This document shows, in pieces, positions 46,189 to 53,194 of a stretch of 64,000 bases of DNA. The position numbers and the translations under genes were made by a program. The notes below the pieces were generated by a model. The model was not told the origin of the DNA. It saw only the letters and a list, made by a program, of their open reading frames with translations, and made no database searches. Within the stretch, counting starts at the first letter, position 1. Each line of letters opens with the position of its first letter. Location of the stretch: assembly GCA_002402545.1 (NCBI GenBank), contig DHGA01000037.1, forward strand, positions 39,180 through 103,179, written 5' to 3'. Origin of the DNA: Syntrophaceae bacterium UBA4810. GTDB lineage: Bacteria; Desulfobacterota; Syntrophia; Syntrophales; Smithellaceae.

Positions 46189-46988
46189 CCGAAAGACACA
46201 TATTAGGACTATCTGGTGGCAAGGATAGCACAGCCCTAGCTCTTTTTATGCGCGATAAGGTTCCAGACATGGAATATGTTTTCTGCGATACCGGAAGTGA
46301 ACTTGATGAAACAATCAATTATTTAAATCAAGTAGAAGCTTATTTGGGTAAAAAGATTATTCGTCTTAATCCAAATGCAACATTTGATCACTGGCTTGAA
46401 GTATTCAATGGCTATCTCCCTGCACCAAATATGCGGTGGTGCACTAAATTGCTAAAGTTGCGCCCCTTTGAGGAATATGTCGGTGGTGGGAATGTGGTGA
46501 GTTATGTCGGTATTCGAGCCGATGAAGATCGTGTTGGCTATATTAGTACAAAACCAAATATTAAAGCTGTTTTTCCCTTTAAAGAGCATGGCATTGATTA
46601 TGATGGTGTAATGAAAATACTGATAGATAGTGGCATTGGTCTACCGCCATATCTTAATTGGGGACGATCACATTCCGGGTGTTATTTTTGTTTTTTTCAG
46701 AAACCAATAGAATGGGTCCTTTTGCTTGAAAATTATCCACGACTTTTTGATAAGGCACAATCATACGAAAAAATAAGGCATGAGCCTGGTAAGACATTTA
46801 CGTGGATTCAGAATATGCCCCTCAGCGAATTGCGCAAACCGGAAAACATTGAGAGGATTAAAGAAAAACACAAAGAAATAATTGCGCGACATAAGCAATC
46901 GCGTCCGAATAAGAAACTCGTAGAGGTATTTGCTGGATTAGAGATTGATGATAGTGAGCCAAAATCTTGTTTGATCTGTCAACTATAA
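46185..46988 (+). CDS. sspD: PAPS reductase-like PP-loop ATP pyrophosphatase (SspD/DndC-like)
   Basis: PP-loop 'LGLSGGKDSTA', 'RWCTKLLK', and Cys motifs 'SGCYFCFF' and 'CLICQ'. Confidence 0.8.
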   Translation: MTERHILGLSGGKDSTALALFMRDKVPDMEYVFCDTGSELDETINYLNQVEAYLGKKIIRLNPNATFDHWLEVFNGYLPAPNMRWCTKLLKLRPFEEYVGGGNVVSYVGIRADEDRVGYISTKPNIKAVFPFKEHGIDYDGVMKILIDSGIGLPPYLNWGRSHSGCYFCFFQKPIEWVLLLENYPRLFDKAQSYEKIRHEPGKTFTWIQNMPLSELRKPENIERIKEKHKEIIARHKQSRPNKKLVEVFAGLEIDDSEPKSCLICQL

Positions 46989-46997
46989 GGAGGAACA

Positions 46998-48140
46998 TTG
47001 ACTCAATACAGTATAAAATTTATTTTTACTACTTGGTCAATTAAAGAATTGTTAAATCTTTACAATAGGGGGCACCTTGATCTCAGCCCAAGTTATCAAA
47101 GAAATACGATTTGGTCCATGGCAGCTCAGCGCCGCCTAATTAGTACAATTAAAAGTGGTTATCCACTTCCAAACTTTTTTGTTCATAAAAGAGATAAAAA
47201 TAATTATGAAATGGTTGATGGCCAACAGCGATCTCGATCAATTCTAGCATATTCCTTAGGTGACTTAAGAGATGAAGATGGACAGATTCTCTCTCCGCAC
47301 GTTAAATCATCCGCTCAAGCTAAAGACTTCATGCGTTATTTTGAGGAATATAAACTTAATGTATGCATTATTGATCAAGGGGTAGACCAAAGAGACATCG
47401 AAAACTTTTACGTCTTAGTGAATTCGTCAGGCTTGCGTCTTAATGCGCCGGAATTACGCAAAGCAGGATATAGCGATACACGCGTTTTGAAACTAGCAAC
47501 TTTTTTAGCAAACTCTGCAGAATTTGAATCACTTCGACTTTTTACAGAACGCTCATCAGATAGAATGAATGATATTGATTTTGTTTCAGAACTCTTAGCA
47601 TTTCTGCAATATGGCTTTTCAGATAAGAAAGAGAAGGTTGATGAGCTGTATGAAAAAGATATTAATTCTGAAGAAGAGGACAAGTTAAAAAAAGATCTGT
47701 TTGAAGTACTCAAATTAATAAATAATTTCGAAAAAATAGCACCAATATTTAAAACACGGTTCAAACAAAAGAACGATTTTTATACATTGTTTGCTTTTAT
47801 TTATTTAAATAAAAGGCTGCCAAAAGAAGCATTTGAATATTTTTACAAGACATTACTAGCTCTAAGTTCTCATATTCGTCCCTATCAGGAAATGTGTGAG
47901 CCTCTAAGAGAATATGCCCTTAATTGTGTCTCTCAATCAAACTCGAAAAATGCTCGAGATCGCCGACACCAATTCTTTCAAGATTTATTTCTTAACAAAG
48001 ATAGCATCCCTAATAAAACGCAGTTGGCTATTGCTGAGTATTTTAAATTTGAAAAAAACAAATTTGAAAAGAATTGGGGGTTTTTATTGCTTCCTTTGGA
48101 AAAATTGAATTTGGTTAATGATAACTCCGGAGTCGCTTAA
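46998..48140 (+). CDS. DUF262 (ParB-like NTPase/nuclease superfamily) protein without a DUF1524/HNH domain
   Basis: 'LDLSPSYQRNTIWS...LISTIKSGYPLPNFF...MVDGQQRSRSI' is the DUF262 signature (DGQQR). 380 aa with a helical C-terminus and no H-N-H motif. TTG start 4 nt after the RBS AAGGAGG. Confidence 0.8.
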   Translation: MTQYSIKFIFTTWSIKELLNLYNRGHLDLSPSYQRNTIWSMAAQRRLISTIKSGYPLPNFFVHKRDKNNYEMVDGQQRSRSILAYSLGDLRDEDGQILSPHVKSSAQAKDFMRYFEEYKLNVCIIDQGVDQRDIENFYVLVNSSGLRLNAPELRKAGYSDTRVLKLATFLANSAEFESLRLFTERSSDRMNDIDFVSELLAFLQYGFSDKKEKVDELYEKDINSEEEDKLKKDLFEVLKLINNFEKIAPIFKTRFKQKNDFYTLFAFIYLNKRLPKEAFEYFYKTLLALSSHIRPYQEMCEPLREYALNCVSQSNSKNARDRRHQFFQDLFLNKDSIPNKTQLAIAEYFKFEKNKFEKNWGFLLLPLEKLNLVNDNSGVA

Positions 48141-48142
48141 GT

Positions 48143-49072
48143 ATGCATTTCAAACGACGAAATTTTATTTTGGACGGCGTTTCAACCAAAAAGGATTTTA
48201 TTGAAATAGATAATATTACATATGAGCTATTACCTATCGAGCCATCCGATGAGAAAAAAGGTCGTGGGGTTAATTCCACTGTTTTTCTTGCAAAAAGAGC
48301 TGATGATGATGATAGCGAGCCGTTAGCAATTAAAATATGTAACTTCCCCAAAGATGATGAAAATGAGCGGAACCTTAAACGCAAAGAGAGATTTGAAAGA
48401 GAAATTCTAGCGTTTAAGAAAATTAACTCTGAAGTAGTGAAGAGTCGTGTTATAGATCTTATTACTGATGGCTGGCTTAAGTATAAAGAAAAACAATTTC
48501 GTTGTTTTATAATGGAAAAAGCTGACTACACATTACTCAATTTTCTAGAAGACCAACAGGATTTGAGTCTGCAACAGAAACTGGTCTTGTGTTTTGAGCT
48601 GTTACAAAGCTTTAAGCAACTTCATGATTTGGGGATTTATCATAGAGATATTAAGCCTGAAAACATCTTATTTTGTGGGGGTATTTGGAAAGTAGCAGAT
48701 TTAGGGTTGATAGCTTATCGAACTGATGATTTTATAATTGATGATCATAATGAAAAAATTGGCCCCTGGCCATGGATGTCACCAGAGGCAGTCAATAAAG
48801 CGCGTGCACTCGAACATTGTAGAGAAGCATATAATATCGACTGTAATATTGATGAAGGATCAGATATTTTCCAATTAGGAAAAGTGTTTTGGTTTGTTTT
48901 ACAGGGCGAAATACCAAACGGAATTACATCAATCCGTGATTGGCATTCTTATCACAATGATATTTATGGTAACTTACTCAAACCGGCATTATATTTCAAT
49001 AAATCTGATCGTCCAACAATTTCTGATTTATTAAGTAAAATAAGACAACTTGGAAATAAGCATGGCTTGTAA
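48143..49072 (+). CDS. Eukaryotic-like Ser/Thr protein kinase
   Basis: Beta-3 Lys 'LAIKI', catalytic loop 'YHRDIKPENILF', 'VADLGL' (DFG-equivalent) and 'WMSPEAV' (APE-equivalent). Starts 2 nt after the DUF262 gene stop. Confidence 0.85.
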   Translation: MHFKRRNFILDGVSTKKDFIEIDNITYELLPIEPSDEKKGRGVNSTVFLAKRADDDDSEPLAIKICNFPKDDENERNLKRKERFEREILAFKKINSEVVKSRVIDLITDGWLKYKEKQFRCFIMEKADYTLLNFLEDQQDLSLQQKLVLCFELLQSFKQLHDLGIYHRDIKPENILFCGGIWKVADLGLIAYRTDDFIIDDHNEKIGPWPWMSPEAVNKARALEHCREAYNIDCNIDEGSDIFQLGKVFWFVLQGEIPNGITSIRDWHSYHNDIYGNLLKPALYFNKSDRPTISDLLSKIRQLGNKHGL

Positions 49073-49231
49073 TGAAAGACTGGCCCCACTTGTATTCTAC
49101 ATTATGGACTGGTTTTGCGTGATGACAAGATGCATGATGAGGCAATTCTTTACTCTACCGCATTGAGCATGCGTTGGTGCTATCTTTTTTTGGACATACT
49201 CCTTGTAGCAGGTTTTTGGAGGTGATCTTCG

Positions 49232-51667
49232 ATGATGCAAGAACTTTTCAGACATTTGTACGATGCCCCTACTGAAGATGTAGTTGAATCAATTGTGAAG
49301 AACAATGCTATTTTTAAAGATTCAATAAGTTGGCGTCCATATGGTGGCACTGAAAGCAATTTTAGTGTTGTGGAGAATCAACAAGCTAGTCCGGTGGCTG
49401 CGCTTGTTGAGAAATTAACAAATTCTATTGATGCCCTATTAATGAAGAAATGTTATGAAGCTGATGTCAACCCAATGTCCTCCGCAGCTCCTAAAACGAT
49501 GGATGAAGCAGTTCGAAAATTTTATGAGTATGAAAATTTTGACTTACAGATGTATCGAAATACTATAGCAGAAGATATTCAGATACTTGCCGATCCAAAG
49601 AGCCCTAGAATGAACACCTCGATTATTATATACGATGATGGCGAAGGGCAAGATCCCCAGGAATTCCCAAATACTTTTATTTCTCTTCTTGCAGGCAACA
49701 AGAACGACATTAAATTTGTTCAAGGCAAATATAATATGGGCGGCGCTGGCGCTATTGTACATTGTGGAGAAAAGCGCTATCAGCTAATCGGTTCAAAAAG
49801 ATTTGACAATAAAGGAAACTTCGGCTTCACGCTAGTAAGGATGCACCCTTTAACAAAAGAGGAGGGACAAACCAAGAAAAATACTTATTATGAATATTTC
49901 TGCCCCAATGGTAAAATACCTGATTTTCCAATTGAAGAATTAGATTTAAATTTATATAAAAGGAAATTCAAAACTGGTACTATTATTAAACTTTATTCCT
50001 ATGATTTACCACCAGGCAGCAGATCGGTTATTTCAAGAGATCTAAATCAAAGCATTAATGAATATCTTCATAAACCCGCATTACCTATCTACATCATCGA
50101 CCGTAAGGAAAGATACCAGCATGATACAGGTCTGGAGCGTGTGATGTTCGGTCTATCAAATAGGATACAGGATCAATCATCAAAGTATGTTGAACGACAA
50201 ATAACTCTCAATATTACGGGGAATCAAGATATTGGTAATATTAAGGTTTATGCTACACTATTTAAATTACACAATGAAGAAAAATCAGTAAAAGAATTTA
50301 AAGAGACTATACAAAATGAATTTTTTAAAAATAACATGAGTGTTGCTTTCAGCCTTAATGGTCAAGTTCATGGTTACTATACATCTGAATTTATAACAAG
50401 AGCATTGAAGTGGAAGTTATTTAAAGACTATCTATTGATTCACGTTGATTGTACCAATTTAAATCTACATTTAAGAAACAACCTATTTATGGCTTCAAGA
50501 GATCGTCTTAAAAATGGGAAAGAAGCAGAAGAGGTTAGGCAGATTCTTGCTGACAGGTTGAAAAAGAGCGAATTAAATGACATTTATAAGCAACGTAAAG
50601 ATTCTTTCTCTGCTGAAACGAGTAATGCGAATGATATTCTAAAAGCATTTTCAAAAGATCTTCCTTTAAATCCTGAGATGCTTAAGCTGCTTAAACAGAC
50701 ATTCAAGCTGGAAGATATATGTAAGGATAAAAAGAATGAAAAGAAAAAGAAGGATAAAAAGAAAAAAAATGCAGAAAATAAAGAACCTTTTATATCCCAT
50801 CGTTTTCCTTCTATTTTTAAAATAGAGGGTAAGCCTGATAAAGATGGGAAAGTTATAAAAACTATTTCACTCGGATATAATCGGACTATAAAATTCAGCA
50901 CTGATGTGGAAAATGAATATTTTGATAGGATCAAAGATAGAGGAGAATTAAAGATTTATGTTTTAAGGCAAGGTTCCAAAGGTGGAAGGGGTGATGATAT
51001 TGTTCCGCCCACAGAAATTGAAGATTACTTTCAAGTTGTCAAGTCTAATCCCCATGACGGCACTATAAGAGTAAATCTTCAACCAAAAGACAATCTCAAG
51101 GTCGGGGATGAGCTGCAGATCCAAGCTAGCCTGTCTTCTATCGTTTCTCCAGAAGAAGCAATAGAAACGATTTTTTATGTAAAAATTGAAAAAATGAAAG
51201 AAAAAGAACCAAAGCTTGAAGGGCCTGACGCGCCTCAAATTGGATTACCAGAGCTAATTCTTGTTTACAAAGATGAAAGAGAAAATGTTACGACTTGGGA
51301 TAATGTCGCTGGGTTGGGCGTTTCTTTTGATGAGCAAGAGATAATGTATCCACTTTCTAATGAAAATGATGAACTTGAAAAAATATTCATAAATATGGAT
51401 AGCAGCCTGCTGAGAACTTATAAATCAAAATTTGATGGAGATGAAGCTTTGAGAGTAGCAGATAATAAATATGTGGCTCAGGTCTATTTTCATACACTGT
51501 TCTTATTCTCAATACTTAAGCAAAAAAACTATAACTATTACCTAAACGATAATAACCGTTCCGAGAAGACACTGGAAGAAGTTCTACAGGACTTATTTAA
51601 ATCCAGTTATGGGGAGTTTCTGATCAGATTTGGTGGAACAGAAGAATTAATCAACGCCATTGACTAA
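49232..51667 (+). CDS. GHKL (HATPase_c-type) ATPase domain protein, 811 aa, with large uncharacterised C-terminal region
   Basis: N box 'EKLTNSIDAL', G1 'IYDDGEGQ', G2 'GKYNMGGAGA'. Lys-rich linker 'KDKKNEKKKKDKKKKNAENKE'. RBS GGAGG upstream. Confidence 0.7.
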   Translation: MMQELFRHLYDAPTEDVVESIVKNNAIFKDSISWRPYGGTESNFSVVENQQASPVAALVEKLTNSIDALLMKKCYEADVNPMSSAAPKTMDEAVRKFYEYENFDLQMYRNTIAEDIQILADPKSPRMNTSIIIYDDGEGQDPQEFPNTFISLLAGNKNDIKFVQGKYNMGGAGAIVHCGEKRYQLIGSKRFDNKGNFGFTLVRMHPLTKEEGQTKKNTYYEYFCPNGKIPDFPIEELDLNLYKRKFKTGTIIKLYSYDLPPGSRSVISRDLNQSINEYLHKPALPIYIIDRKERYQHDTGLERVMFGLSNRIQDQSSKYVERQITLNITGNQDIGNIKVYATLFKLHNEEKSVKEFKETIQNEFFKNNMSVAFSLNGQVHGYYTSEFITRALKWKLFKDYLLIHVDCTNLNLHLRNNLFMASRDRLKNGKEAEEVRQILADRLKKSELNDIYKQRKDSFSAETSNANDILKAFSKDLPLNPEMLKLLKQTFKLEDICKDKKNEKKKKDKKKKNAENKEPFISHRFPSIFKIEGKPDKDGKVIKTISLGYNRTIKFSTDVENEYFDRIKDRGELKIYVLRQGSKGGRGDDIVPPTEIEDYFQVVKSNPHDGTIRVNLQPKDNLKVGDELQIQASLSSIVSPEEAIETIFYVKIEKMKEKEPKLEGPDAPQIGLPELILVYKDERENVTTWDNVAGLGVSFDEQEIMYPLSNENDELEKIFINMDSSLLRTYKSKFDGDEALRVADNKYVAQVYFHTLFLFSILKQKNYNYYLNDNNRSEKTLEEVLQDLFKSSYGEFLIRFGGTEELINAID

Positions 51668-51760
51668 TTTGTTGTTTAGGAACTGCAGAAAAAATCAGTT
51701 TTAAAAGTGATTATTGGATTGCAAAGATAAAAAGGTAGAAATTTAAAGGAGGAATGTAGT

Positions 51761-52540
51761 ATGCAGGACTCGAATAAGAAGCCAAAACATGTGTCATGGA
51801 GAAATCATTTTTTAAAATGGGAGGCCAAATTACTCTTGATTATGTTTGCTGTTATTTTCTTTTGGGTATTTTTCTTCATTCCTGATTCAGTCACCGTGTG
51901 GATAGCCTCACGAATCGGTGTGGCAAAAAATATTGGAGGCGTGATTTTCACATTCATAACTTCAAGTGTAATTGTTACAACATTTGGACGGTTTCTAATC
52001 GGCGATCCTTTGCTCTATGGCAACTCTACCGCGTCTCTCTATTTTAGAGGAGAATTTCCAAGTAACAAGTTGGTTACGAAGTTGAAGGTAGATCCTAAAT
52101 ATGCCACTCAGGTCTTTATAAATTATTACGATTGCTGGCAATTTGATAGTGAGCCACAGCATGAATTATATCTTGCAACTACTAAAGTTCACTATAATTG
52201 TCTATTCGTTTATTTATTAAAACCAACATTTTATGTCTTGCTATTTCTTTCTTTCTTGCTTTTATTTCTGAATATATTCTATTTAGAAAATCCGCTATCA
52301 AATACCGCAGGGCAAGGAATCATCTTATCTGTTTTTGTAATATGTACCATTCTTCTTATATCCTTCAATAGATTGCCGTCTGAACAAAGGGCTACTCCGA
52401 CAGGCTGTTGGGCAGCATGGAGGCATCGTTGTGAGGAGAATTATATGGAATTTTTGGCTGCCCTTGGAAACAAAACATTATCAGATTTTCTTGTCGAAAC
52501 GCGAGCAAAGCTGCAAGATTTGAAGAATAGATCTATATAG
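51761..52540 (+). CDS. Polytopic membrane protein, hypothetical
   Basis: Strong RBS AAAGGAGG. At least 4-5 hydrophobic segments (e.g. 'LLLIMFAVIFFWVFFFI', 'VIFTFITSSVIVTTF', 'VLLFLSFLLLFLNIFY', 'IILSVFVICTILLISF'). No recognisable family. Confidence 0.55.
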   Translation: MQDSNKKPKHVSWRNHFLKWEAKLLLIMFAVIFFWVFFFIPDSVTVWIASRIGVAKNIGGVIFTFITSSVIVTTFGRFLIGDPLLYGNSTASLYFRGEFPSNKLVTKLKVDPKYATQVFINYYDCWQFDSEPQHELYLATTKVHYNCLFVYLLKPTFYVLLFLSFLLLFLNIFYLENPLSNTAGQGIILSVFVICTILLISFNRLPSEQRATPTGCWAAWRHRCEENYMEFLAALGNKTLSDFLVETRAKLQDLKNRSI

Positions 52541-52558
52541 TCCTGAGAGTACTGAAGA

Positions 52559-53104
52559 ATGGCAAAAGCCTCTTTGTTTTCCTCAATTGCGATTACTGAT
52601 CTGGAGACTACTGGAACTGATCCAAGATTACACGAGATCATAGAAATTGGGTTAATATTAATTGACCAGCACTCACTTATAATTTTAGATAGTCTTGATT
52701 TGAAAGTGAAGCCAGAACACATTGAGACAGCATCAGAAAGTGCCCTAAAACTAAATGGGTACAACGCAATTGATTGGCAGGATTCAATAAGTCTCAAAGA
52801 GACAATGGAGCTATATAGCCACAAAACCTCTGGTGCGCTTTTTTGCTCACATAATGTTACCTTTGATTGGTCTTTCATTAATGAGGCTTTTCATATAACC
52901 GGGGTTGAGAATAAAATGGATTATCATCGGTTGGATCTTTTTACCATGGCATGGGTATTATTGAGAAAATCAAATATTGAAAAATTTAGTTTGGATAAAA
53001 TTTCATCATTTCTTGGCCTTGAAGAGGAACAAATTCCTCATCGCGCGATTAACGGGGCAAGAAAAGCATATGAAGTATTGAAAAGATTAGTTTCCTCAAC
53101 GTAA
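52559..53104 (+). CDS. DnaQ/RNase T-like 3'-5' exonuclease domain protein (ExoIII motif degenerate)
   Basis: ExoI 'AITDLETTG' and ExoII 'SHNVTFDWSFI'. The ExoIII-like 'HRAINGA' has Gly where H-x4-D is expected. Confidence 0.7.
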   Translation: MAKASLFSSIAITDLETTGTDPRLHEIIEIGLILIDQHSLIILDSLDLKVKPEHIETASESALKLNGYNAIDWQDSISLKETMELYSHKTSGALFCSHNVTFDWSFINEAFHITGVENKMDYHRLDLFTMAWVLLRKSNIEKFSLDKISSFLGLEEEQIPHRAINGARKAYEVLKRLVSST

Positions 53105-53194
53105 ACAAACAAAAACATAAAAATTGATTAACTAGTCTATCTTGTTTAATGCCAAACAGAGAATAGAAAAACGAGGAACAGCGTCCAGTTAGTT

